DNA of 63,508 bases, the filler included, from Olpidium bornovanus S191 (taxonomy: Eukaryota > Fungi > Olpidiomycota): NCBI GenBank assembly GCA_017911155.1. It is 30 parts of 30 records of this genome, joined end to end, with 100 filler letters (N's around TTAATTAATTAA, not from the genome) between each part and the next. Parts side by side here need not be neighbours in the genome. Positions count along the whole stretch, not along the records: positions 1 to 3,369 come from JAEFCI010003867.1; positions 3,470 to 4,743 come from JAEFCI010001756.1; positions 4,844 to 7,233 come from JAEFCI010006002.1; positions 7,334 to 10,543 come from JAEFCI010002676.1; positions 10,644 to 13,330 come from JAEFCI010012713.1; 25 more parts are not named here. The stretch is one strand, 5' to 3'. Shown here piece after piece: positions 1-12,197 of the stretch. Under the pieces are notes generated by a model that did no database searches, was not told the origin of the DNA, and saw only the letters and a list, made by a program, of their open reading frames with translations. A program made the translations under genes and the position numbers. Each line of letters starts with the position of its first letter. The stretch's first letter is position 1.

Positions 1-119
1 CCTCTTGGACGACCGCGCCCTTCCGCGGAGGTTTAATTTTTTTTTTTTGGTTCTCTGCGAACACAAACGGTGCAATGTGTGTGCGGTTTGCCTTCGCGAT
101 ACGTTCCTGTCGGATGTCG

Positions 120-2358
120 TCACGCCTTGTAATACGCTGTGAGGGACACCAAGGCGGAGGAGAGCGGGAGGGCGGTCAAAACAGAGAGAAAACCCCTTTC
201 GGCCACTCCCCACGGTCGGTCGTGCGCAGGCAGGGGCGGGGGCGCTTGAAAAAAGAAAAAAAAAAAAAGAAAAAAAGGGGGGAAACGGAGCGGGAAGACG
301 ACAAGGACTCACAGGTAGGGACGAACGGCATCTTGGTCACCTTCGCTTCTTGCATCTTGTTGCGTACTTTGACTTTGAGCTGGGTGTCGTTCTTGTGATA
401 CCCGCCCTTGACGTATCCCATAGCCACGTTGGCTTTCAGCGACGGGGAGTGGGTCCCGGAGGTGACGGTGCCTTTGGGGGAGGGGGGGGGGGGGGGGGGG
501 GGGCGGGGGGGGGGGGGGGGGGGGGGAGAGGGTAACGGCCGGTCAGCATCGGGTGGCCGCAGATATCCACCACGCGCACCCCCACGTCCGCATCCGATCT
601 TCAAACTCGGGTAAAATGGCAGAACGGACCCAGATACCTATTCTCTCCGATCCGGCCGCGTCGTATATTTCGGCGCCCTCTGAACGAGAGAAAATTAGAC
701 GGACCCCGATTCGAGCAACGACCAAGTGCGCAGGTTTCTTCATTGCGGCTCAAAGAACGCCCAGAACCTCACCACGGGCAGGGGCTCCGGTCACGACCAA
801 GCCGATGCGCCGCTTCTCGACCCCGCTTTTGATCTGCGGCAGGATCTTGTCAGCGCCGATAAACCCGCCTTGTTCCCGCCGTCGCTTGGCTGCGATAAAT
901 ACGAAGAACACAGGAGGAAGAGGGGGGGGGTAGGTCCGGAGCAAGTCAGCGGTGTCCTTTCAGAACGACGGGAACCCTCTTTAACACACTTCGGATACGG
1001 TCTTGGAAACGCAAACTGACCGATCGTCCACGTAAGGCCGGCCTCGACGGGGGTGATGTCGTCGTTGAGATCGTGGTCGTACAGGCACATTCCGGCCTCG
1101 AGGCGCAAACTGTCCCGGGCTGCGAGGCCGGCCATCTTCACGTACGGCAAGTCGAGCATGATCCTGGCCAGTTTCACCGCGTCCATGCTCGGCACGGATA
1201 TCTCGAAGCCGTCCTCGCCCGTGTACCCGGATCGCGAGACGTGGCAGTCGATGCCCTTCAGCGACGTGAACCGGCCCGACATGAACGCAAAGTCCGAGAG
1301 GTCCGCCGACGTAAGCTCGGTCATGACCTCCGCGGCCCTCGGACCTACCGGCGTTGACCGACGAGAACCGGGCGACCTTGAGATTAGTTCGAGAGAAAGG
1401 GGAAAAATGGGGAGGAAGGTGGCGGGGGGAAGGGGGGGAAAGAGGGAGGCGCGCGCCGCCCGGGCGCGCGGCAGAGGAATTTTGTTTTTTTGACGAAAAA
1501 GGGAACTTGCGCGTGCCTTGCAGCGCCACGAGAGCGTGGTCGGAGATGACATTCACGTCGACGTCCATCCCCTCCGCTCGGCACGCGCTCAGCCTTTCGC
1601 CGATGTGCTTCAGGTCCTTTTCCGCGCACCCGGCATTCGACACGACGTACAGCCTGTCCCGCTGCTTGGTCAGGATGGCGTCGTCCACGATGCCGCCCCT
1701 CTCGTTCGTGAACAGCGAGAGGGCGCCGCGGCCGACGCCGAGCCCCCGCACGTCGGCGACCGTCAGCAGCTCCGCGAACCGCTCCCGGTCTCTCCCCGTC
1801 CACGAGGTCTGCAGCATGTGCGACACGTCGAAAAGGGACACGGCTGACCGCGTGTGCAGGTGCGAGTTGAGGTGCGTCAGGTCCTTGTACACGAGAGGCA
1901 TCGACCAGCCGGCGAAGCCGACCATAGTCGCACCGAGCGCGACGTGAAGGTCGTGGAGCGGCGTTTTCTTCAAATCCGACGTCTGAGAAAGCGAGAGAAA
2001 GAGAGAGAGAGAGAAAGAGAGGATGCGAACAACGGGCGGCGGCGGGAGGAGGAGGGTGTCAAGTCAGGATGAGCCCCGGGGGGTGCATTTGCGGTCCACC
2101 AGGCAGAGAGGGACACGGCCGCGCGGCCCGAGATCCGTACACAGCAAAGAAAAAGGCGGCGCCCGCGCGTTTTCCTGATTTTCACCGTCGGCAGGGGCCG
2201 TCTACCTGGGTTGCGTATCGGCGGCGCCGGCCGGCCGCGCTCCGCGCGGCAGGGAAATTATGCCCCTCCGGCCCGGCCACGCGAGGTCGAGCGGCGGCGA
2301 CCGCCATAATCAACGGCGAGGCGCGGAGGCGTGGCGCGACGAACGCGAGGGAGACCAT
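120..2358 (-). CDS. GCV1: Mitochondrial glycine cleavage system T protein (aminomethyltransferase), complete, 7 exons, 425 aa
   Basis: Exons 2358-2206, 1982-1517, 1344-1021, 889-773, 679-638, 471-313 and 136-120 sum to 1278 nt in frame. Motifs: [73 protein letters not shown]. Arg/Ala-rich presequence. Intron 2 is GC-AG. Confidence 0.96.
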
Positions 2359-2457
2359 GGTCTTGCGGCGTGGGGGAGGTGGAGGGTGGGACCAGGCGGG
2401 CGATCTCGTTCGTCGGGCGGACTCCACAGGTCGCTTCGTCAGAGGGCCGCGCGCGCT

Positions 2458-2494
<37 letters not shown>

Positions 2495-3268
2495 GAGGCC
2501 GGCGCGGGGGGGAGGGCGCTCCCGTTCCGGCCGAACCCGAACCCGGCTCGCCCCCTTTTCGGGCGCGACCGTTCCCTTTCGCCGCCGCCCTCGCCGCCGC
2601 CCCGCCACACGCCCCGCGCGCGCGCAAAAGCAGTGGCGCCCGGTGTTTGTCCCGCCGCCGGTCCCCGCTTCCCCCCCCCGCCGTTCTAACAGGCAGGGCC
2701 GCGGTCACCTTGGAGACCAGAACTGCCGTGTTACCCTGTAGAGCAGCAGCAGCCGGTTGGCGGCAGCGCCTCGGCCGAACGGCCGGCGAGCCGAATAAAG
2801 ATCAGTTTGTTCCCACGAGCCCGTGCCATAGCAACTCATTATAACGTCCGGAACACACGGATACGCGTTGGGGGGGTGCACCTGAAAAAGTGCCAACTGC
2901 AACAAGCCCGCTTTGTCCGAAGTGCCAATAATGCACTGACGCTTGTGCCACCCGGGCGGCTCAAAAGCGGGCTGCGCCACATGTCTCGTCAACCCCGAGG
3001 GAGGGACCAAGAACAAAGCGTGGCGTTCTACACAGGTTAGGTGGGGGCGGGGGGATGTGAACGTGTCCTCGGGTCGTTCGCTGCGCACGGGTGGGTGGGG
3101 GGCGGAGGACCGTGCGGAGCGAGAAGCCGCGAACAGCTGCTGAACTTGCGCACCGACGGGTCTGGAAAGTCGGTGCGCCGCCAACGAAGCCTGGGTAACG
3201 GAGGTCGCCTCGTTCTTGCGGCCAGCGTCGAGACCGGGGGGGGGGGGGGGGGGGGGGGGGGGTTTGGG

Positions 3269-3300
<32 letters not shown>

Positions 3301-3369
3301 CGTATCCATGGTTTCCGCACCGCCGCGGGCCGAGCGTCGGGGGATTATCCAACAGAAAAAAAGAAAAAA

Positions 3370-3469
3370 NNNNNNNNNNNNNNNNNNNNNNNNNNNNNNN
3401 NNNNNNNNNNNNNTTAATTAATTAANNNNNNNNNNNNNNNNNNNNNNNNNNNNNNNNNNNNNNNNNNNN
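3370..3469. other. Artificial contig linker N44-TTAATTAATTAA-N44 (first of 29)
   Basis: Identical 100-nt linkers start at 3370, 4744, 7234, 10544, 13331, 16932, 19317, 20828, 22041, 24361, 25702, 27915, 29701, 31218, 33804, 36009, 37179, 40750, 43227, 45564, 48676, 50238, 52127, 53332, 54494, 56038, 57249, 59670 and 60796. The palindromic 12-mer gives stops in all six frames. Confidence 0.99.
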
Positions 3470-3470
3470 C

Positions 3471-4743
3471 CTTCTCGTCACGGATTGCTTCGAACTCGAT
3501 ACCGAAAAGGCGCGGGAGACTCTGGCCACGCTGATCCGAGGCGGGTTCACCACGCCGAGCCGCGCCCTGAATATGGTCGCGCCCCGCATGGACCTCGCGC
3601 CCTGGCTCGTGTCCGAGTGGCAAGCCGACGTGCACGAAGCGTTTTCGCGAGAGTTTGCAGACGATTTGCTGTACGGCCATCCGGACGCCGAGCCGTTCGT
3701 GGACTGGCTCGTGTCCTCGGAAGCCCTCCGCGGGCTGCCGCGCGTCCTGGGCGCCCTTTTCTACTATTCGCTCTCGACGAACACGGAAACCGCCCGGCGC
3801 ATCTGGCAGCAGAATCCCGCCGTGGACAGAGACGTCGCCCTCGCGTGCGCCGCCCTCAACCTCGACTCCATCAAGTTCCTCGAGTCGGAGCTGGGGTACA
3901 ACCTGGCAGAAGCCGTCTATTGTCTTCTCTGCGCTTGCGAAGCAAAACGGCCCGAATGCGTCGCGTACCTGCTCGAAAAGGGCGCCGACTTGAAGTTCTG
4001 CTTCGAGCCCGACCCTGATATGCCCGGTATTGGTTCCTGGGGGCATTGCGGAGTAGATGTGGCACGAATTTTCCATGAGTGCGGCATGGTACCGAGCAGT
4101 TACGATCTCTTCGACGCGGTTTTGAACATGGATCTCGCCTTAGCGCGATACTTGGTCAAGCTCGGAGCAGACCCTCACGCTGACAACCTCCTGATGCTTG
4201 CCGTCGGACGTTGGCATGGTGGGAAACCGCGCCATAATAAGAAGTTTTACCAACTCAAAGTTCCCACGGAACCAACCTGTTCCGAGCTATTAGAACTCGT
4301 CAAAGCCGTGACGCAAGAATTCGGCGTGAGTTGCTACTTCAAAACCACCATGACTCTCGAGTTCATTCGCCAGCGTCGCCATATGGACGGCTGGTGCGAC
4401 TGCATCGAATCTGTCGTTCGCCATTTGACGTCTCTCGGAGGAAAGCCACTCGAGAAGCTTCGTCCGTCGAAACGCTCTGAATTTTTCAAAAAAGTCCTGA
4501 GTTGCCGTTACAGTTCCATATCATTTGACCATCCGTGGCATGTTAAAATATATGATGAGAGCCAGGACGGTACTCGCGGAGAGTTACTGCAGGATTCGCG
4601 TTTTGAATATTTATTCGATCGTCATGAATGGGAAGATTCGTCCACCAATGTCGATGAGCCTCCCAGAGCCACCCCTGCCAGCGCCGGCTTCAACGCCAAC
4701 TTCAAGGTCGCTCCTAACCAATTCAACGACGAATGGGAAAGTA
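3471..4743 (+). CDS. Intronless ankyrin-repeat-like protein, open at both contig ends
   Basis: One frame is open across the entire contig (extends 34 codons upstream of the ATG at 3573). Ankyrin-like helices: ECVAYLLEKGADL, VARIFHECG, LALARYLVKLGADPHADNLLMLAV. Confidence 0.65.
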
Positions 4744-5545
4744 NNNNNNNNNNNNNNNNNNNNNNNNNNNNNNNNNNNNNNNNNNNNTTAATTAATTAAN
4801 NNNNNNNNNNNNNNNNNNNNNNNNNNNNNNNNNNNNNNNNNNNGCACTTCGGCAGCTTATCGGGTAGAGCACCGTTAGCCGACAATCCACAGGCTTATAC
4901 TTTGCTCGCCATACTCTGCTCATCAAGTTTTTAATCAGTAGCCGAAGATTTGATTTATCACATGGAGGCGTGTTCTTAACCCGGCAAACCGGACAACGTG
5001 CCGTGCAACAAAATGACGGTCGTCCATTAAATGATTGGGATGGCAAAATGCAAAGGCGTAACCCACCCACAATGCATAAAGTACCAAGTAAGCAAGCCTT
5101 GCTACTAGTGGAAAAACGGCCTGGCCTCGAACGGACGCAAAATAATAATAAGTACACGAGCGGCGAACAAGTGGCGCCCATTGCGTGCCGCATGATCGCA
5201 GGGCAGAATGCGGCGTGAACTGTTGATATGAACGAGCCGCGCTCATGAAGGGCGATTCGGAGTACAGGCGTGGACCAGAAAACGGACGGCGAGGGAGCGC
5301 ATTCAACGACCAAACGGAGCCCGCGGCATAACGTCGGACCGGGCCCGGCGACGCAAAAAGGCGGAGCGGCATCTCGCCCAAAGGTGTTTTGCAACGGCGC
5401 GGGAACGAGGACGAAACGGGATGCGGCGGGTGCCCCCGTCGGTCGGGGTTGGCGAAGGCGTCGGAGGGCGGGTGGGGCAAGGGCGAGGACGTTTTCCCGG
5501 AAGCCCGGCGGTTCATGCGGCCCTGGGGCCGAAAAAAAAAAAAAA

Positions 5546-6344
5546 TCAGTCCCGCCCTGCGAGCGGCGCATCGCCGGTCTCATACGACAGGCGCTCCGGC
5601 TGGTCCTGACTCGTCGCCAGGTCTGGGTAGACGATGCGCGCGGCGCTGCCGCCGTGCTCCATCCGGGCCGCGTCGGCCGCGCCGCTCCAGCCGCTAATGA
5701 AGAAGACGCCGACAAAATGGCCGAGCAGGGCGGCGAGGAAGAAGCCGAGGTTGAAGCTCATCATAACCAGCATGATCAGAGTCGACACCAGCAGCGACAG
5801 CGTCGACCACAGGGCCCTCCTGGCCGCGACTGCCAGCCTGTCCAGCCTGCGTCGGTACGTTTCGTGGCCCACTGTCGACGAGGAGCAGAGTTCCGCGTCG
5901 CACCACCTGCTCTCGAAACGCGGCGTTACCACCTGGATCGCGACCCGGCCCATGGCGAGGAGGAAAGTGACCAGGCAGGCGCAGAAGTAGTGACCGGCAT
6001 TGAGCGGCACCAGGCACCGCAGCAGGAAGTAGTCTCGGATGTCCACGTGAAAGTACGGCCGCTGGGGAGTATGGGGCGAGGTGGTGGGGCAGGCGAAAGC
6101 ATCGGCAAAACGAATTTCGGCGTGGGGGAGGATCGGGTCCTCCAAACAAGCCAGAGCAGCAGGCTCCCGGTGGTGTAACGACACTCACCATCGACACGAC
6201 GGCCGCCGACGTCGACCCTCCGTCGCCGTTGGCAGCAGCGGTTGCCAGTGGCGGAGCCAGCAGCAGCGGCAGCAGCAGCCGCGAGAGCAGGCGGGTTGGC
6301 AGCCGAGGAGAACGAGCCGGTCCGAGCGGTGGCTGCGGCGGCAT
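5546..6344 (-). CDS. Ctr-family copper transporter, 2 exons (6344-6189, 6139-5546)
   Basis: Ctr TM2/TM3 signature LIMLVMMSFNLGFFLAALLGHFVG (MxxxM, GxxxG) and the PYFH..DYFLL..LVP motif. GTGAGT donor at 6188; the acceptor (GAG) is less certain. Confidence 0.82.
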
Positions 6345-6896
6345 CGTCGGCGGTAACCGGTGGAAGCAGGGGTAGAAAACGGCGTCTTAAGACGGAGTCG
6401 GAGTCGCCGTTCTCCGAGCGAGAGGATTTAAATTCCCGCCCGGAAAGGGAAAAAGGAAAGGAGGCGGGCGGACGGATTGGAGGAACGCAAATTCAAAAAT
6501 TCTCTTTCTTTTTTTTTTTCGCCCCGCCTCAGAAGCGTTCGAACCAGGCGTTATTGGTTGTCGCTCTCACAAGCTCGCTTTTCACCGCCGCCCACGCAAC
6601 TTCCCCCCCCCCCTCCCCTCCCCGTCGTCTCCAGAGCACTTTGCTCGGGTGACGGTCAAACAGCCCCCCCCTCAGAGAAAAGATTTGATTGGCAGATTCA
6701 TAGGCATAAGCAATTGCGCCAAACTCTCTCGCGGGGAAGGAGGAGGGGTGGGTGTGTTGCAATCTGCGTGTGGGGCTGAGAGATTGGGGGGTCTCTCTGT
6801 TCTGGGGGGAGATTATTTTTTTTTCTGCCTGGGGTTCCTTCTCCGGCCGCAGGACCACGCGCACACACACTGCCCGCCACTCGCCCGGCCTCGGGA

Positions 6897-7233
<337 letters not shown>

Positions 7234-7333
7234 NNNNNNNNNNNNNNNNNNNNNNNNNNNNNNNNNNNNNNNNNNNNTTAATTAATTAANNNNNNNNNNN
7301 NNNNNNNNNNNNNNNNNNNNNNNNNNNNNNNNN

Positions 7334-8428
7334 GCCATGATCTCTTCCGCGCTGCCGAACTCTAATTTCACCATCCTGTTGACGACGTCTTCGTCGAGTG
7401 GCAGAGACAGCGGAGGTCGGAGTGGGACGTGCGAGTCCACCGGGAAGTCCGAACCTTTGGTCATCCAGGGGTGGCTGAGGACTTCTGACATTGTGGCACG
7501 GTTGCCGGGGTTCACGACGAGCATCCTTGAGAGCAAATGCTTGCAATCTGCGAAAATTGGAAAATTTGTCAGCATGGATAAATCAGCAAGGCAAAGGACA
7601 GCCCCATCCGAAACAGCTAGACGGAAACTTTGCAGCGCCCGCCGGCGGAGCATTACGGAAATCCGCGGGTGGAATCACCTGAACTCAGCCAAGGAGGGTA
7701 TTCCACGGCCCCACGCTTTATTTTCGAGTGCAGCGCCGGCATGTTGTGGTCGTCGAAAGGCACCTTGCCGCAGACAAGCACGTAGACGACAACGCCGAAA
7801 CTCCATATGTCGACCTCCGGGCCGGTGTACACCTTGGCGCTCAACAGCTCAGGGGCGGCGAAATAAAGGGAGCCGCAAAACGTCGAGAGAAACGAGTGCC
7901 GCGAATAGAAGTTGGCAAGTCCGAAGTCGATGATTTTGATGGATCCGGATTTCGACACCAAAATGTTTTCGATCTTCAGGTCGCGGTGGACAACAGAATT
8001 ACTATGGCAGTACTCTAAAAGGGCCGAAAGAGACGGAAAATGTCAACAGCCGGCGCGCGTGCGTGAAGCCGCCCCCGCACCGACCGGTCGGCGAAATGGG
8101 AGAAACCCCATCCTCGTTTTACCTAACGCGGAGGCGATCTGCAGAGCAAACTTTCGGGCATGTCGTTCCTTCAACTTGCCGTGCTCGATTATGTAGTCCA
8201 GCATCTGCCCGCCGTCGACGTATTCCATGAACATATAGTAGCAATCCGGGTAGCACACGACTTCCCGCAGTGACACAATGTGCGGGTGCTGCAGGAGACC
8301 CATGATGGCCCCCTCGCGCAGGACCCGGGTATCTTTGTTCTCGTCCTTGTTGTAAGCATCTGGAAACGCCGGACGCACCGGGACAGCCGCGCGCGGAATG
8401 ATTTTCGCCGCCAGCTAGGGTGGCCAGG

Positions 8429-8471
<43 letters not shown>

Positions 8472-9547
8472 GGGGGGGGGAAGGGGGGGGGGGGGGGGGA
8501 AAAAAAAGGAAAAAAAAAAAAAAAAAAAGAAAAGGCAGGCCGCGCGTTAGCAAGGAGGCGCGCGGGAAAGAAAAAAAGGAAATAATAAGAAAAAAAAAAG
8601 CAAAAAAAGGAGTAAGAAGGAAAAAAAAAAAACGGAAAAGTAAAGCACCGAGCGTCTCGAAGCGGGGAATCAGCCCGTGGAGTTCGGATCACCTTTTCGC
8701 CGGACCAGAGGTTTGTGGCCAGCCTCACTTTTCCCATGCTTCCCGCCCCCAGCGTCCTGCCCAGCCTGTTGCTCGCGACGATTCTCCTGCTGGAGGCGGG
8801 CGCGGGAAGCGGCCTCCCGATGTCAGCCCAGTCCGGCCGCGCGAGGCCGCGCGGCGGCGGCGCGCGGTGACCGGCGAACCGGCTTTGGACCGTCCCCGCC
8901 GCGCCGGCGCCGTCGACCTGCGACGAGGAAAACGTGGTGGCCGTCGAGAACGACGCGGCGGCCTGGAACAGCGCGGCTTCCGCGGCGGCGGCGGCGGCCG
9001 CAGGAAGACGCTTTGCGTCGCCGCCGCGGCCGCCGCGGCAGCCGCCCGCGTCCTGGTCCGCGTGCTTCGGCGGCGGGCCTCGCGAGGCGGCGGTTGTCGA
9101 GGCGAGGAAGAGAAGGCGGTGCTCCGAAGGAAACTGGCCGGCGTGCGCCGGCGCCGGCGCCGCCGCGGGCAGGTCCGCGGCGTCCTCGTTGGTCAGCGTC
9201 AGGTCCGACCGGACCGTGGACGGCGTGGCCGCGGACGCGGGCGAGGACATCGCGGACGGCGGCGCGATCGACGGGGTGCCGGGCCGGCTGGGCCGGTCGG
9301 CGGCGGCGGCGGCGGCGTCGGAGGCGGGGTCGGCGGCTGGGGCGAGCGCAGGCCGCGGCGGCGAGCGCGGGGCCCGACGGAGGCGGTGCCGCGGCGGCGG
9401 CGCGTCGGGACGGGGAGGAGGAGGAGGAAAAGGACGAGGAGGAGGAGGCGGAGAAGGAGCGGCGGCGCGACACGCCCGGTGTCCCTGCTGGGCGGCGGCG
9501 GCGGCGGGCAGAGAAGTCGGCCGCGGGAGTAGCGGGCCCTCGCGCAT
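7334..9547 (-). CDS. KIN1: Kin1/Kin2 (MARK/PAR-1 family) Ser/Thr kinase, 3' truncated
   Basis: [74 protein letters not shown]. Exons (9547 or 9250)-8693, 8414-8123, 8014-7679 and 7547-7334 with GT-AG introns. Start codon uncertain. Confidence 0.92.
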
Positions 9548-10490
9548 CTCGGGTGTGGTTTTTTTTTTTTCCTCTCAGCCCGAGAATGTGGGGGGGGGGG
9601 GGGGGGGGGGGGAAGAAAAACGGGGGAAAAAGGAAAAAAAAAAAAAATCCCTCGCGGGCTTTTCTCCGCACGTCCGCTCGCGGCGCGGAAAGGAAGAAAC
9701 AAAGGAAAAAAGAAAAAAAAAAAAAAAAAGAAACGCGTCCGTCCCCCGCTGACGAAGCTCGTAACAATTCACGTATTTGATGATTTCCGTATCGCCCGTC
9801 TGAAACCTCAAATTCTCCCCTTTCTCCGTCCACCCTCCTGTTACTCCGCCGAGCACGGGTGAAAAAAAAAAAAAAAAAGGAAGGAGCGGCACGATATATA
9901 GTGCAGACGTGAGGGGCAGATTTCCCCGACGGCGACGGCGACGGCGACAGACAGAAAAGAAAAAAAAAAAAAAACCTCCCGGAGCCGACACCACCCGACG
10001 TTCCGGTTTTGGTTTTGACGCGCGCGGCGTATATGTGTGTGTTATTCTTTTCTGATGAAAAAAATATCAACGTGGCAAAACAAAATGAAGCAAAAAAAAA
10101 ATAATCACGCGAGCTCCCCCCCTAAAACCTCCCCGTGCCGAAAGGGAAGGGAAAGTGGCGTGTGTGTGTGTGTGGGGGGGGGGGGGTTAGAAAAGGCTGA
10201 TGTACGAGCGCTCGATGTTTTCGCAAGAAGAGAGAGGAGAAAGAGGGAAGGGACAATGGGGTAGAGAAAGGACGGATAAAAATATTTAAAATTCGATATA
10301 ATTGTATCGCGTGCGTGTGCGCTGTTCGTGTGCGTGCTCGCTAGACGGTTAATGTTCTTTTCAATTCCGGGGAACCTTCTCGCATCCTCCCCCTCTCAAC
10401 CATCCGGCCCGCCGTTTCCTCGTTCTTTCCGGTTTCAGGTTTTTTTCCCGAAAGGTGACCGACTTCGCCCTTTTTTTCTTTTTTCTTTTT

Positions 10491-10533
<43 letters not shown>

Positions 10534-10667
10534 CCCCCCCCGCNNNNNNNNNNNNNNNNNNNNNNNNNNNNNNNNNNNNNNNNNNNNTTAATTAATTAAN
10601 NNNNNNNNNNNNNNNNNNNNNNNNNNNNNNNNNNNNNNNNNNNGCATGTTGGACGCGGGCCACTTAC

Positions 10668-11054
10668 CTGGAGCATCATCGTGACCTCCTGGCCAAATAC
10701 GGAGCTAACCCTGCGGTCCATCGTATCAGGTAGCATGCCTACAAGGATCACTTTGCGTTGAACGTCCTGGAGGACGGACATGATCCTTTGGGCTTCGACG
10801 TTGGACAACTTTCCTGCGAAGTTCAGTTCGTCGAGTTGCAGCGAGACGTCGGCCCCTCCGGCGCCTGTCAAATGGTGCAGAGCTGGTAACCCGTGGGTCC
10901 CGGTCGCCCGAGATGCCGTTGGCCCGAACTGGTGATCGCCATAGGCGCCTGTTTGCGAGTGTCTGCGGGCAGCATCCGTCGACGGTATGCTAGGAAGAGG
11001 AGGCTCCTGAGGGAAGAAGACCCCGTGCGACGGCGGACTGAGCGTCGCTGCCAT
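10668..11054 (-). CDS. DRC10: Dynein regulatory complex subunit 10 (IQCD), first exon only
   Basis: KLSNVEAQRIMSVLQDVQRKVILV resembles the IQCD N-terminus (KLTTIEAKRIMSILDEAIYKVELV, from memory). ATG at 11054; donor CAG|GTAAGT at 10667. Confidence 0.8.
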
Positions 11055-11766
11055 CACTGCGGGCGATTGCGCGACCGGCCGACGGGCGATGCGAAGCTGG
11101 GCTGGTCTGACGCGTTTCCGAGCATCAACGACAGCGGGCCGCGCGCTCGCCTCCCCCGCCGGTCAGTTTTGCGATCTGCGGCGCGGTCGCGTGATCGCAC
11201 GTGACGTTCTCGGAAAGAAAATAACTGCTTCCGCACCGCGCGCACCTTCGAAGCGCCCGCCTGCGCTTTCTCTCCCCTGATTTTCGTCCGCAAACACAAA
11301 AAAAAATAAAAATAAAGGTGAGGGTTGCGCGGAACCACCGCCGCACGCTTGCGGCCCGCCGCTTTTTGGCGGCAAAATGCCCTCTTCGCGCGCGTTGTCT
11401 TGCGGGACTGCGCGGCCACCGCGCGACGCCCCGACGCCCGGCAGCATTTCCCTCCGCGTTCCCGTTCTGCTCGCGGTCCGCAGCATTGGTTATTCTGAAG
11501 CCGGGTGCTGTTCCGAGCCCTAAATGCCCTTGGGACTTCCAAAAGCCTGCGCTCCGGCTGCATATGCTGGTGACCACGAGCTGAACGTTACATCGGTTGC
11601 TGACAGCCCGACCGCCACCGCCGAAACGGCGGACACGGCGCCGCAGAGCCGCCGCCGCTGCTTCGGCCAAGGAGGTTGCCACGTGCCTCTTACCCAGTTC
11701 GCCGCTTGCACCTGCAGGGACAAAAGCGGCAAACATCGCAGAATAAGAAGTGTCCACTCCGCAGCG

Positions 11767-12197
11767 ATGTCGCGCCACGTCCGCGCGGTCGTGTACAGCA
11801 CCCTCAGCGTTCTAGTGGGCGTGGGATTCTACTACGCTATAGTGCCGAACTGTTCGGAAAGGTTTGCGGAGGTACCATTCCGTGTGTTTTTTTTCGGAAC
11901 CAGTCGCGAAAAACAGGTTTTCAATCTGTCAAATAGGAGGGAGGCATCCGACACTTTTGCGGCGAGTTGATTCTTTACCTTTAATGCGCTCGCCTGTCAT
12001 AGAAAGCGTACCAGGGAAACAGCGCACGCTGGAACCAGGCATTGGTGGACCAGGATGAGAAGACTCAGCAGTTCCTCGTCCGCATGCGCGAAGTTGCGGA
12101 ATCCGATCTGGCGCCGTGGATGCCTGGCTGGCACGAGGAGTGGAGAAAGAAGCACCCCGAGGACTATTTGCCCAACGGGCAGCCCCGAACGTGTTGA
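11767..12197 (+). CDS. Small two-exon single-TM protein, Cbp4-like complex III assembly factor, 99 aa
   Basis: Exon 11767-11871 (MSRHVRAVVYSTLSVLVGVGFYYAIVPNCSERFAE), GT-AG intron, exon 12003-12197 (..TQQFLVRMREVAESDLAPW..). Frame is preserved. The TM-P...SDxPxW pattern resembles Cbp4. Confidence 0.6.

Noticed and set aside
2705-3352. Possible gene upstream of GCV1 (RLRWRRTDFPDPSVRKF; HYWHFGQSGLVAVGTFSG)
   Set aside because: No family recognised and no consistent splice path found.
75-3425. Many overlapping Pro/Gly/Arg-rich ORFs in the six-frame track
   Set aside because: They come from poly-G/C tracts and high GC, or are antisense shadows of GCV1; the same applies throughout the window.
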